A stretch of DNA of 64,000 nucleotides from Candidatus Omnitrophota bacterium (GCA_023247055.1 JAHFHF010000005.1:18985-82984), one strand, 5' to 3'; positions 44,193-53,899 are shown, numbered from the stretch's first letter. Program-made: numbers and translations. The notes: generated from the letters alone by a model not told the origin.

Positions 44193-44292
44193 GTCATTGC
44201 GGGCTCTCGCTGTTTTTTTAGCGTGCGCCGAAGCAATCTCAAGAGCAAACGAGATTGCTTCGGCCTCAAATTGAATGTTGCCTCGCAATGAC
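44193..44292. repeat. Full GTCATTGCG..GAAGCAATCTC..GAGATTGCTTC..CGCAATGAC element
   Basis: Nested inverted repeats seen directly. Confidence 0.8.
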
Positions 44293-44469
44293 GAGAATGA
44301 CATGGGATCAACAATCACATGCATGATCGTATTTGCCTCCGCGCAAATGCGAGAATGACATGGGATCAACAATCACATGCATGATCGTATTTGCCTCCGC
44401 GCAAATGCGAGAATGACATGGGATCAACAATCACATGCATGATCGTATTTGCCTCCGCGCAAATGCGAG
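44292..44469 (+). repeat. Three exact tandem copies of a 58-bp hairpin-containing unit
   Basis: cgagaatgacatgggatcaacaatcacatgcatgatcgtatttgcctccgcgcaaatg at 44292, 44350 and 44408. Confidence 0.92.
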
Positions 44470-44523
44470 GCAGCGGCTAGAGTTACAGGGACTTATGAAA
44501 CCGGCTCCTTGTGACTTTTAAAT

Positions 44524-45318
44524 ATGCGAACTCCCATCAAAAAAATTTACGATATGAAAGCCCAAAAGGAAAAAATCGCCGTGCTCACGGCCTATGATTT
44601 TCCCATGGCCCGGATTTTGGATGAGGCGGGCGTGGATGTCATTCTGGTGGGCGATTCGTTGGGCATGGTCGTGCTGGGATATGAAAGCACGGTGCCTGTG
44701 ACCATGCGCGATATGCTGCATCATACGCGGGCGGTTGCGCGCGCCGTGCGCAAAGCGGTGGTGGTGGCTGACATGCCCTTTGGTTCTTATGACATCCCTG
44801 AACGCGCGCTGCGTAACGCGTTGCGGCTGATCAAAGAGGGCGGTGCGGATGCGGTCAAACTCGAAGGCGGACAAACGATTGAAAAACAAGTTGCGCATCT
44901 TGTCCATGCGGGCGTGCCGGTCATGGGGCATGTGGGCATGACCCCTCAGACGGCAACCCGGCTCGGCGGTTACCGCGTGCAGGGCCGTGACTCCAAGCAG
45001 GCCGCTCAAATTTTAAAAGACGCGCTGCTTTTGGAGCGGCTGGGTGCTTTTTCAGTGGTGTTGGAATGCGTGCCGGGACCGTTGGCGCAGAAAATCACCC
45101 GCAAATTGAAGTGCCCAACGATTGGTATTGGCGCAGGCATTCACGCGGACGGTCAAGTGCTTGTGCTCAATGACATGCTGGGTTTGGAAAGCAGTGTACG
45201 GCCGCGGTTTGTGCGGCAGTACGCGCAGTTTGGCAAAGCCGCGCGCAAAGCCGCGCTGGTTTACATCCGCGATGTGAAGGAAAGTAAATTTCCAACTGTG
45301 GAAGAGAGTTTTCATTGA
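44524..45318 (+). CDS. panB: 3-methyl-2-oxobutanoate hydroxymethyltransferase
   Basis: LTAYD, LVGDSLG, ADMPFGSY, VKLEGG, GHVGMTPQ, IGIGAG..DGQVLV. Confidence 0.95.
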   Translation: MRTPIKKIYDMKAQKEKIAVLTAYDFPMARILDEAGVDVILVGDSLGMVVLGYESTVPVTMRDMLHHTRAVARAVRKAVVVADMPFGSYDIPERALRNALRLIKEGGADAVKLEGGQTIEKQVAHLVHAGVPVMGHVGMTPQTATRLGGYRVQGRDSKQAAQILKDALLLERLGAFSVVLECVPGPLAQKITRKLKCPTIGIGAGIHADGQVLVLNDMLGLESSVRPRFVRQYAQFGKAARKAALVYIRDVKESKFPTVEESFH

Positions 45319-46766
45319 GTAAAGATAAAGCTGCTCATATTGTTGTTGCGGACAAAGACGCCGATGTCTGTGACCTGGTGGCAACGCGGCTTTCCAACCG
45401 CGGCTTCCGCATCAGTATGGCCGGGACCATGGAAGAATTGCTGCGCCATCTTGACCGCGACCCGCCGGTCCTGATTCTGGTGTCTTCCGAGATGGAGCGC
45501 CTGGGCGGCCGCCACCCGGTTGAAAAAATCCGCGAAAAAACGCATTTGGCCGCTGTGCCGGTGATTTTGCTGACGCGTGAAAGCGAAATTGCCGAGTTGA
45601 TTCTGGGGCAGGACCGCGGTTTTGACGACTTTCTGATCAAGCCGTTCAGCCCGCTTATTTTACAGCTGCGGGTCGCGCTCAATATGAGCCGCGCGCGCAT
45701 TCGCAGCGATGCCAATGCGTTGACGCATTTGCCAGGCAATGCGGCGATTGAGAAAACCATTAAAACGAAAATCGAACGCGGCGAAAAATTTTCCGTGCTC
45801 TATATCGACATCAATCAATTTAAGGCGTTTAACGACCGCTATGGCTTTGAAAAAGGCGATGACGTGCTGAAACATACGGCCAAACTTTTGACGCACACGC
45901 GCGAAAAAACACGGGGCTGCGAAGATTGTTTCGTAGGACACATTGGCGGCGATGATTTTATCGTGGTCTTGCCGCCGGAACATGAAGAAACATTTGCGCG
46001 AACGTTTATTCAGGAGTTTGACAGCGTGATGCTGTCCTATTACAGCGATGCGGACCGCAGCCGGGGCCATGTGCGTCTGACCAACCGGCGCGGCAAACGT
46101 GAAAATATTCCGCTGATGTCGTGTTCGGTCGCCGCTTGCAATAATGTTTACCGCCCTTATAAAAACCTGGGTGAGATTGCACGCGATGCCGCTGAGGTCA
46201 AAAGTTTTCTGAAATCGCAGACAGGCAGCCACTATCTGCGAGACCGGCGGTCGGAACCGATTGCGCGGCTTGATACCGCGGTCGAAATTTTATCTCCCGA
46301 AGTCGAGGCGCTCGGAAGCCGCGCCAAAGATTCAGATCCCCTGGGGCGGGTGCTCGTGAATGCCGGCCTGCTTACGGAAGAACAGCTTGAACTAGCCATC
46401 AAACGCCACCTCGAAACGCGCCAGCGGCTGGGCCAGACGCTGATTGCTATGAATTTGGTTTCCAGCCAGGATGTGGGGCGGATGCTGGAAAAAAAATTGC
46501 GGGTGCCGTATGTGAGTTTGGCCCAAGCCCGCATTGCGCGCGAAACGCTGCGGATTTTTACGGTGGATTTTATGCGCTCGCACCGCGTTGTGCCCCTCTC
46601 CGCATCCGGCGCGCGCCTGAAGCTGGCCATGTGCGACCCGTTTGACCTTAAAACTTTAGACGCCATTGAACGCGTCAGCCAATACAAACCCGAGCCGTGC
46701 CTTGCGCTCGAAGACGAGTTTGAATCGTTTATCGAAAGCTACGGTCCTTCCGAGAGGACCGCATGA
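45315..46766 (+). CDS. REC-like + GGDEF + MshEN (T2SSE_N) domain protein
   Basis: Degenerate receiver ending in KPF; NALTHLPGN, DINQFKAFNDRYG..GD, HIGGDDF; C-terminal LGRVLVNAGLL..EQL..RLGQTLI. Confidence 0.85.
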   Translation: MSKDKAAHIVVADKDADVCDLVATRLSNRGFRISMAGTMEELLRHLDRDPPVLILVSSEMERLGGRHPVEKIREKTHLAAVPVILLTRESEIAELILGQDRGFDDFLIKPFSPLILQLRVALNMSRARIRSDANALTHLPGNAAIEKTIKTKIERGEKFSVLYIDINQFKAFNDRYGFEKGDDVLKHTAKLLTHTREKTRGCEDCFVGHIGGDDFIVVLPPEHEETFARTFIQEFDSVMLSYYSDADRSRGHVRLTNRRGKRENIPLMSCSVAACNNVYRPYKNLGEIARDAAEVKSFLKSQTGSHYLRDRRSEPIARLDTAVEILSPEVEALGSRAKDSDPLGRVLVNAGLLTEEQLELAIKRHLETRQRLGQTLIAMNLVSSQDVGRMLEKKLRVPYVSLAQARIARETLRIFTVDFMRSHRVVPLSASGARLKLAMCDPFDLKTLDAIERVSQYKPEPCLALEDEFESFIESYGPSERTA

Positions 46767-47584
46767 GCGTTTCCAGAATCATTCTGGCTTTCGCCGCCTT
46801 TTTTTACGGCGCTGCGTTTCTGCTGCATCTGATGTCTTTTTTCGGCCAGCGTGAAAACAACCGTGCCGCGTCCCGTCTGATGCAAACCGGTTTTACCGCG
46901 GCGACGTTTTATTTCATGGTTGAGGCGGCCACGCTGGCAACGTTCTTCCCCGTTGCAGACATCTCACATGCCCTGGCCTTTTTTGCCTGGTCTCTGGCAT
47001 TCGTCTATCTTGTCCCGCTTTCCCATATCCGCAGTGATTCTTTTGGTCTGGTCCTTACGCCGGTGTTGACGCTGCTTGTGAGCGCGGCTGCGCTAACGGC
47101 GGTTTTGCCCGCCAAAGGTGCTCTGCCGCCGGCCAGTCCATTTTTTATGCTGCATATCTTGTGTGCTTTTTTTGCCTATGCCAGTTTCACCATTTCGTTT
47201 GCCGCCGGCCTGCTTTATTTGATCCAGCGTCATGAACTTAAAGCACGCCGGACGGGCGCGTTTTACCACAAACTGCCGTCACTGGAAGAGTTGGAAAGAC
47301 TCATCGACCAGCCCATGCTTTGGGGCGCTGCGCTGCTGGTGGCCGCTATTGCGATCGGGTTTGTCTGGTCAAAGACGGCGTTTGGCATGTATTCGCTCAC
47401 CGATCCCAAGACGATTGCCACCGGCATTGTGACTTTGATTTACGGAATGATTCTCGGCCTGCGTCTCGGCGCCCGTCTGCGGGCCAAGCACGCAGCGGTC
47501 TTAAGCGTTGCCGCGTTTGCACTGGTGATTCTGAGTTTCGTAGGCATGCGTTTTATTCAAGGCAGCCATAATTTTTTAGCGTAG
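46763..47584 (+). CDS. ccsA: Cytochrome c biogenesis CcsA/HemX-like membrane protein
   Basis: About 8 TMs, H..AFFAYA, LYLIQ..LK, LPSLE.LE, DPK, GSH; located before hemA. Confidence 0.8.
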   Translation: MSVSRIILAFAAFFYGAAFLLHLMSFFGQRENNRAASRLMQTGFTAATFYFMVEAATLATFFPVADISHALAFFAWSLAFVYLVPLSHIRSDSFGLVLTPVLTLLVSAAALTAVLPAKGALPPASPFFMLHILCAFFAYASFTISFAAGLLYLIQRHELKARRTGAFYHKLPSLEELERLIDQPMLWGAALLVAAIAIGFVWSKTAFGMYSLTDPKTIATGIVTLIYGMILGLRLGARLRAKHAAVLSVAAFALVILSFVGMRFIQGSHNFLA

Positions 47585-47590
47585 ATTTTT

Positions 47591-47778
47591 GGCATTGCGA
47601 GGCAGCGAGGCACTAAAACTGAATCGGTCTCAATGAGATTGCTTCGACGTCCGTTGAATGTTGTCTCGCAATGACAAAAAAAGTGGTCCTTTGTCATTGC
47701 GAAGCAGTGAGGCATTAAGGCTGAAGCAATCCCAATGAGATTGCTTTGGCTTCAATGGGTACGCCGCCTCGCAATGAC
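47591..47778. repeat. Two tandem GTCATTGCG-family palindromic elements
   Basis: Copies at about 47591-47675 and 47693-47778. Confidence 0.8.
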
Positions 47779-47818
47779 AAAGTGTGAGAATGAAAATTCA
47801 GGAATAAAATAAAATCAT

Positions 47819-47965
47819 ATGGGATTATTCGTCATTGGATTGAATCATAAAGAATGCCCCGTGGAAGTGCACGAACGCCTGCCCCTGCGCTTTTGTTTGC
47901 GCAGGGGCTGTGCCTCGGCGGCCAATGAAGCTGCCGTAGGCATAAAGCCGTTCGCTAAAATTTAG
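47819..47965 (+). other. 48-codon ORF whose first 21 codons duplicate the HemA N-terminus
   Basis: MGLFVIGLNHKECPVEVHERL vs HemA MGLFVIGLNHKECPVEVRERL; then a hairpin CCCCTGCGC/GCGCAGGGG and TAG 6 nt before the hemA ATG. Confidence 0.8.
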
Positions 47966-47971
47966 GAATTT

Positions 47972-49246
47972 ATGGGACTTTTTGTCATTGGTTTGAATCA
48001 CAAGGAATGTCCGGTTGAGGTGCGCGAACGCCTGCATTTTTCTGCGCAGCTTGCGGAGAAGGCCTTGACGGCCATGAAAGAAGCCGGCGATATTTCTGAA
48101 TTTGCGCTTTTGTCGACCTGCAACCGGGTGGAATTTTACGGTTACACGGAACAAGGGCAGCCCCGCGAGGCGGTCCTGGCGCTGATCGAAAGCCTGCACG
48201 GCATCCGCCGCAATGAATTTGAGCATTTTCTTTATCTGCATGAATCCAAAGATGCGGTGCGGCATCTGTTCCGCGTGGCCGCGGGGCTTGATTCGCTGGT
48301 CGTCGGCGAAAATGAAATTCTCGGTCAGCTGCGCGATGCCTTTAAAGCCGCCAATCAGGCGGGCACGATCCATTCACTGCTTTACCGCCTGATGGAAAAA
48401 GCGCTCAAGACCGGCAAGGAAGTGCAGACACGCACCAAGATTGCTCAAGGGGCGGTCAGTATTCCTGCCGTGGCCGTCGAATTGGCGGAAAAAATTTTCG
48501 GGACTTTGTCCGGAGAAAAAGTCATGGTGCTTGGGACCGGTGAAATGAGCGTGCTGACGCTGAAAAATTTACGCACCGCCGGGGCCGATATCGCCTATAT
48601 CGCGAGCCGTAATGAAGAAAAAGGCCGCGCGTTGGCCAAGGAATATGGCGCTATTTGGCTGTCCATGGAAGAGTGGCAGCGCGAACTGACCGGCGTGGAT
48701 ATTTTGATTGCCTCCACAGCTGCTCCGTATCCCATTGTCCTTAAAACGCATGTGGCTGGGGTCATGGCCGCGCGGCGCAGGCGGCCTGTTTTTTTAATTG
48801 ATATTGCGGTGCCGCGCAACATCGAGCCTGAAGTCAACCAGATCGACGACGTTTTTCTCTACAATGTCGATGACCTCAAAGGCGTCTCCGCTGCCAACCT
48901 AAAATTGCGCCGCGGTGAAATCCGGGCGGCCGACGACATTGTCGACCAGGCCGTGATCCAGTTTCAATCGTGGTTTGAACAACTTGCCGCGCGTCCGACG
49001 GTCGAGCGTTTTGAAGAATTTCTGGAACAAGTCCTGCAGGCCGAGTTTGCGGAACTGGCGCGCGAAACCGGACTGTGCGAAGAACGCAAACAGCAGATCA
49101 TGAACCGTTTGAAAGCGAAGATTCTCCACCGGCCGTTTGAAAAGATCAAAGAAGCCTCCAAAAACGGCGGCGTCAAAAAACACGTCGAAGCGCTGCATTC
49201 ATTGTTCAATTTGGATACCGATCAAGCACCGAGCACCAAGCACTGA
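47972..49246 (+). CDS. hemA: Glutamyl-tRNA reductase
   Basis: LSTCNRVE, GLDSLVVGENEILGQ, GTGEM, DIAVPRNIE. Confidence 0.95.
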   Translation: MGLFVIGLNHKECPVEVRERLHFSAQLAEKALTAMKEAGDISEFALLSTCNRVEFYGYTEQGQPREAVLALIESLHGIRRNEFEHFLYLHESKDAVRHLFRVAAGLDSLVVGENEILGQLRDAFKAANQAGTIHSLLYRLMEKALKTGKEVQTRTKIAQGAVSIPAVAVELAEKIFGTLSGEKVMVLGTGEMSVLTLKNLRTAGADIAYIASRNEEKGRALAKEYGAIWLSMEEWQRELTGVDILIASTAAPYPIVLKTHVAGVMAARRRRPVFLIDIAVPRNIEPEVNQIDDVFLYNVDDLKGVSAANLKLRRGEIRAADDIVDQAVIQFQSWFEQLAARPTVERFEEFLEQVLQAEFAELARETGLCEERKQQIMNRLKAKILHRPFEKIKEASKNGGVKKHVEALHSLFNLDTDQAPSTKH

Positions 49247-49391
49247 GTTTTGAGCGCTAAGCCGTAAACGAGCGGCGGATAATTTTTTGCGCCTGCAAAA
49301 CATTTTCCTCTATGAAAAATTTAAAAACTTATTTTTTGTTCTCTCGGTGCTTAGTGCTCGGTGCTCAGGGCTTGGTGCTCGGTGCTTTCTC

Positions 49392-50330
49392 ATGAAAACC
49401 CGCGTTAGAATCGGAACGCGCGGCAGCGCCCTCGCCCTCTACCAGGCTGAGTTATTCAAAAACAAACTGGCCAATGATTTTTCCATGGTTGCTTTTGAGC
49501 TGGTTGTTATTAAAACAGCGGGAGATGTTCGGGGCACGCGTAGTATGCGCGGCGGCGACGATAGCAAAACACTCTTTACGCGCGAAATCGAAGAAGCGCT
49601 GCTGTGTGAAGACATTGATCTGGCCGTCCATAGCGCCAAAGACCTTGCCGCCGTCATGCCGCGTGGACTTCGGATCGGGGCTGTTCTTGAACGTGAAGAC
49701 CCGCGCGACTGTCTGGTCGCCCGCAAAAATATTCCTTTGGCCCATCTTGAATCCGGTGCGCGGATCGGCACCAGTGCACTGCGCCGCAAGGCCCAGCTTT
49801 TGCGCTTTAATCAGGATTTGGTGATCGAGGAATTGCATGGCAATGTGGACACGCGCGTTAAAAAAGCCCTGCAAGGTGATTTCGACGCCATTGTGCTTGC
49901 GCATGCGGGTTTGAAGCGGCTCGGCTTGGTCGATCATGTTTCTGAAATTTTTGACGCAGAACGTTTTTTACCAGCGCCCGGTCAGGGCATTATCCTTGCC
50001 CAAATCCGGCAGGGTGATGCCCAAACCCAGGCGTTGCTCGAGCCGGTCAATCACAAACCGACTCTGACGCGGCTCGTCTGCGAGCGCGCTTTTCTCAAGC
50101 GGCTAGGCGGCGGCTGCCAACTGCCCTGCGGCATGCTGACCGAATTGACACCCGGAAAATTAAAAGCCCGTGGCATTCTGTTGATGCCGGACGGTTCGCA
50201 TTGTATTGAGCGTGAAATTGAAGACCCCGGCGGCGACCCTGAAGCCACCGGCATGGAACTTGCCGAAATAATTCTTGAAGAAGGCGGCAGGAAGATCTTA
50301 AATGCCATTGAAAAAAGTAATGAGGCCTGA
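49392..50330 (+). CDS. hemC: Porphobilinogen deaminase
   Basis: IGTRGSALAL.Q, AVHSAKD, GTSALRR, GNVDTR, PAPGQG, GGCQLP; ATG 49392. Confidence 0.95.
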   Translation: MKTRVRIGTRGSALALYQAELFKNKLANDFSMVAFELVVIKTAGDVRGTRSMRGGDDSKTLFTREIEEALLCEDIDLAVHSAKDLAAVMPRGLRIGAVLEREDPRDCLVARKNIPLAHLESGARIGTSALRRKAQLLRFNQDLVIEELHGNVDTRVKKALQGDFDAIVLAHAGLKRLGLVDHVSEIFDAERFLPAPGQGIILAQIRQGDAQTQALLEPVNHKPTLTRLVCERAFLKRLGGGCQLPCGMLTELTPGKLKARGILLMPDGSHCIEREIEDPGGDPEATGMELAEIILEEGGRKILNAIEKSNEA

Positions 50331-50441
50331 GTGATGAGCCACGAGAAAAAATAATGCAAAATAAAAACGGTGAGGCAGATTCTTTTTTCCCTCTCTGCTC
50401 ATTCCTTGTTACTCATTGCTCGTTGCTCATGGCGCTGCCTT

Positions 50442-51947
50442 ATGAAAGGTAAAGTCTATCTCGCCGGCGCCGGACCCGGCGACCCGGGCCTTATCACGGT
50501 CACGGCTGCGCGGCTGCTTGAAGAAGCGGATGCGGTGGTCTATGACGGCCTGGTCAATCCGGTTCTGATTGAAAAGCTTGCCGCTGAAAAGTGGAACGTC
50601 AGCAAACACTTCCCTGTGCGTACGGCCAGGCACGGTGCCGATCAGACCCGCATTAATCAACTGCTTGTCAAGCTGGCGCGCCAGGGCAAGAACGTGGTGC
50701 GTCTTAAAGGCGGAGACCCGTTTATTTTTGGCCGTGGCGGGGAAGAAGCCTCTTTTTTAAAAAAGCATGGCATTGCTTTTGAAGTCGTGCCCGGGGTCAG
50801 TGCCGGACAGAGTGTTCCGGCCTATGCGGGTATTCCGGTTACCGACCGGCGTTTTGTTTCCAGTGTTACCTTTGTGACCAGCCATGAAGATCCGTCTAAG
50901 AAAAACAGCCTGGACTGGAATGCAGTCGCGCGGCTGGGCGGCACGCTGGTTTTTTTTATGGGCTGGAAAAATCTGGCAGAGGTTTCGCGCCGCCTGATCC
51001 GGGAAGGTTTGTCCGGCCGGACGCCCAGCGCGGCGATCCAATGGGGCACCTTGCCGGAGCAGAAGGTTGTGGAGGGGTCTTTAAAAGATATTGCTGCAAA
51101 AGTGCGGCGCGCGGATCTGCGTCCGCCTGCGCTGATCGTGGTCGGTAAGACCACGGGACTGCGCCGCGAACTGCAATGGTACGAAAAGAAACCGCTTTTT
51201 GGAAAAAAGATCGTGATCACCCGGCCTGAACATCAGAATGCCGCGCTGGCGGCGCTGCTGCGCGAACAGGGCGCAAACGTGATCGAATGTCCTGTTATCC
51301 GCATTCTTCCGCCCAAAAATTTTAAAGAGCTCGACAAGGCCTTGTGCCAACTCGACCTTTATGACTGGGTCCTTTTTGCAAGCACGAATGCCGCCGGTTT
51401 TTTCTTCAGCCGTCTTCACGCCCTTGGACTGGATACGCGCGTTTTGCGCGGCGTGAGCATTGCGGCCATGGGCCCCGCGACCGCGGCTTTTCTGGCCAGC
51501 CGGGGCGTGCGGGCTGATTTTGTGCCGACGCGTTTTGAAACAGGGGCGTTTGTGACGGCTTTGAAACGTAAAAAAGCCATTCAGGGAAAACATGTCTTGC
51601 TGCCCAGGACGGACATTGCTCCGCCGGATTTAAAACAAAGGTTGGAAAAGGTGGGAGCGAAGGTCACGACCGTGACAGCTTACCGCACGGTGCAGGACGC
51701 CGGTGTGCGTGCGCACCTGCGGCAGGTTGTGCAAGGGCCGCTGCCGGATGCCGTTCTTTTCGCCAGTGCGTCGTCCGTACGTTATTTTTTTCGTGCGCTG
51801 CCCCGCAAATTCTGGGGTAAAATGCGCGGCCGTTTGGTTTCGATCGGGCCGGCCACGACCGCGGCTTTGAAAGAACTCGGCCTGCGGCCGAAGGCGGAAG
51901 CGAAGTACCATACGGCGCAAGGACTGGTTAAAGCCATCCAGCAATAG
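50442..51947 (+). CDS. cobA: Fused uroporphyrinogen-III C-methyltransferase / uroporphyrinogen-III synthase (CobA-HemD)
   Basis: GAGPGDPGLIT, RLKGGDPFIFGRGGEE, YAGIPVTDR; then KPLFGK.IVITRP, FASASSV, IGPAT. Confidence 0.92.
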   Translation: MKGKVYLAGAGPGDPGLITVTAARLLEEADAVVYDGLVNPVLIEKLAAEKWNVSKHFPVRTARHGADQTRINQLLVKLARQGKNVVRLKGGDPFIFGRGGEEASFLKKHGIAFEVVPGVSAGQSVPAYAGIPVTDRRFVSSVTFVTSHEDPSKKNSLDWNAVARLGGTLVFFMGWKNLAEVSRRLIREGLSGRTPSAAIQWGTLPEQKVVEGSLKDIAAKVRRADLRPPALIVVGKTTGLRRELQWYEKKPLFGKKIVITRPEHQNAALAALLREQGANVIECPVIRILPPKNFKELDKALCQLDLYDWVLFASTNAAGFFFSRLHALGLDTRVLRGVSIAAMGPATAAFLASRGVRADFVPTRFETGAFVTALKRKKAIQGKHVLLPRTDIAPPDLKQRLEKVGAKVTTVTAYRTVQDAGVRAHLRQVVQGPLPDAVLFASASSVRYFFRALPRKFWGKMRGRLVSIGPATTAALKELGLRPKAEAKYHTAQGLVKAIQQ

Positions 51948-52010
51948 CGGTAAGAAGTAAAATATAAACGCGCCTCATCATTGCTCCCAACACCCATGTG
52001 TTGGAATTAC

Positions 52011-52147
52011 GTAGGGCCTGAGGCATGCCTGAACCCTACGACTTGAGATTACTTCGTCATTGCGGGCAACGTTCACTTTGATGCCGAAGCAATCTCGGTT
52101 GCTTTTGGGATTGCTTCAGCTTCAGTGGAATGCCGCTTCGCAATGAT
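52011..52147. repeat. GTAG-type REP followed by a GTCATTGCG-family element
   Basis: gtagggcctgaggcatgcctgaaccctac at 52011-52039; gtcattgcg..gaagcaatctc..gggattgcttc..cgcaatga at 52056-52147. Confidence 0.7.
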
Positions 52148-52177
52148 GAAACGGCGCTTGGGCATCATCAGAGTGCG

Positions 52178-53203
52178 ATGAAAAAAAATAAAATAAAACC
52201 GTTTGATTTTCAATTTCCGGATTACCGGCCGCGGCGCATTCGCAGCCATGCGGTTTTGCGCAGCCTTCTGTGCGAGACACGTTTTGCGCCCGAACAACTG
52301 ATCATGCCTTATTTTGTGCGGGCGGGACACGGCGTCAAAGAATCCATCACGGCCATGCCGGGCCAATTCCGGTTTTCACCGGACACATTGCTGACAGAGT
52401 TGGACTCGCTGGCTGCCGGCGGCGTGCGCGCCCTCCTGCTTTTCGGGCTGACGGACTCTAAAGATAAAAAAGCCAGAGGCGCTTATGCGAAGACCGGAAT
52501 CATTCCGCAGACAATCCGTGCGGTAAAAAAGAAATTCCCCAAGCTGGCGGTCATCACCGATGTCTGCCTGTGTGCCTATACGAGCCACGGCCATTGCGGT
52601 CTTTTAAACGGCCGGGGTGAAATTGACAATGACGCTTCACTGCCGGTGCTGGCCAAAATGGCGCTTGCGCACGCGGAAGCCGGCGCCGATATGGTCTCGC
52701 CCAGCGATATGATGGACGGCCGTATTAAAGTCATCCGGCAAGTTCTCGACCGCCGGGGTTTTAAATCACTGCCTCTGATGAGTTATGCGGCTAAATACAA
52801 CTCGGCTTTTTACGGGCCTTTCCGCGAGGCCGCCCATTCAGCGCCTGGCCAAGGAAAAAATAGTCCCAAAGACCGCAAAAGTTATCAGATGGAACCTGCT
52901 AACCGCGAGGAGGCCCTGCGCGAAATTGCGCTCGACATTCGCGAGGGCGCGGACATCGTCATGGTAAAACCGGCGCTGGCTTATCTCGATATTCTGCGCG
53001 AAGCCAAAGAGAGGTTTCATTTTCCGCTGGCAGGGTATTTTGTGAGCGGGGAATATGCCATGATTAAGGCTGCGGCAGAAAAAGGCTGGCTGGATGAAAA
53101 GCAGGCCGTGCTCGAAGCTTTGACTGCCGTGTTTCGCGCAGGTGCCGATACCGTCATTACTTACCATGCTAAAGCCGCCGCATGCTGGCTGAACAGCCGT
53201 TAA
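52178..53203 (+). CDS. hemB: Delta-aminolevulinic acid dehydratase
   Basis: DVCLCAYTSHGHCG, SPSDMMDGR, FYGPFREA, DRKSYQM, MVKPA. Confidence 0.95.
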   Translation: MKKNKIKPFDFQFPDYRPRRIRSHAVLRSLLCETRFAPEQLIMPYFVRAGHGVKESITAMPGQFRFSPDTLLTELDSLAAGGVRALLLFGLTDSKDKKARGAYAKTGIIPQTIRAVKKKFPKLAVITDVCLCAYTSHGHCGLLNGRGEIDNDASLPVLAKMALAHAEAGADMVSPSDMMDGRIKVIRQVLDRRGFKSLPLMSYAAKYNSAFYGPFREAAHSAPGQGKNSPKDRKSYQMEPANREEALREIALDIREGADIVMVKPALAYLDILREAKERFHFPLAGYFVSGEYAMIKAAAEKGWLDEKQAVLEALTAVFRAGADTVITYHAKAAACWLNSR

Positions 53204-53221
53204 ATTTCATGAAAGGAAGTT

Positions 53222-53884
53222 ATGACTTTGCAAAAACCGGATTTGAACAGCGCTGAACTTCTTGAAGCTTTAAAATGGCGCTATGCCGCCAAACTTTTTG
53301 ATGCTTCAACAAAAATCTCTCCTGAAATTTGGAGCGCTTTGGAAGAAGCGCTGATTCTCTCGCCATCGTCCTATGGGCTGCAGCCTTGGAAATTTCTTGT
53401 GATTAGGGATCAGGGCTTGAAAGAACGGCTGGTGCCGCTGTCGTGGAACCAGCGCCAGGTCGCGGATTGCTCGCATTACGTGGTGTTTGGTGCGAAAATC
53501 AACATCACGAGCCGGGATGTGGATGCTTGGATCAACCGCATGGCCGAAGTGCGCGGGGTCTCCCTGGAATCTCTTGGAGTTTACCGGGAGTGGATGGTCA
53601 AAGACCTGGTGCAGGGCCCGCGGCATGACGTGATCCATGAGTGGGCGGCGCGGCAGTGTTATCTCGCTTTGGGAAATTTTATGACTTCCGCCGCGCTGCT
53701 TGGGATTGATACCTGTCCGATGGAGGGTTTGGAGCCGGAAAAATACGATGCGCTGTTAGAATTGCCGGACAAAGGATTTAAAACCGTTGTGGCCTGTGCT
53801 GCCGGTTACCGCTCCGGCTCTGACAAATACGCTTCTCTCGCGAAGGTCCGTTTTAAAAATCCCGACGTTCTCGAAAAAATTTAG
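53222..53884 (+). CDS. NAD(P)H nitroreductase (NfsB-like)
   Basis: WRYAAK.FD, SPSSYGLQPWKF, GIDTCPMEG, AGYRS. Confidence 0.9.
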   Translation: MTLQKPDLNSAELLEALKWRYAAKLFDASTKISPEIWSALEEALILSPSSYGLQPWKFLVIRDQGLKERLVPLSWNQRQVADCSHYVVFGAKINITSRDVDAWINRMAEVRGVSLESLGVYREWMVKDLVQGPRHDVIHEWAARQCYLALGNFMTSAALLGIDTCPMEGLEPEKYDALLELPDKGFKTVVACAAGYRSGSDKYASLAKVRFKNPDVLEKI

Positions 53885-53899
53885 CGCAAATCTTATTTT

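Noticed and set aside
44292-44469. CRISPR array or type III TA antitoxin array
   Set aside because: No spacers; the flanking genes are folD and panB, not a toxin.
49287-52177. Longer starts given for hemC (49287), cobA (50370) and hemB (52130)
   Set aside because: The extensions are translations of intergenic heptamer/palindromic repeats; family homology starts at later ATGs.
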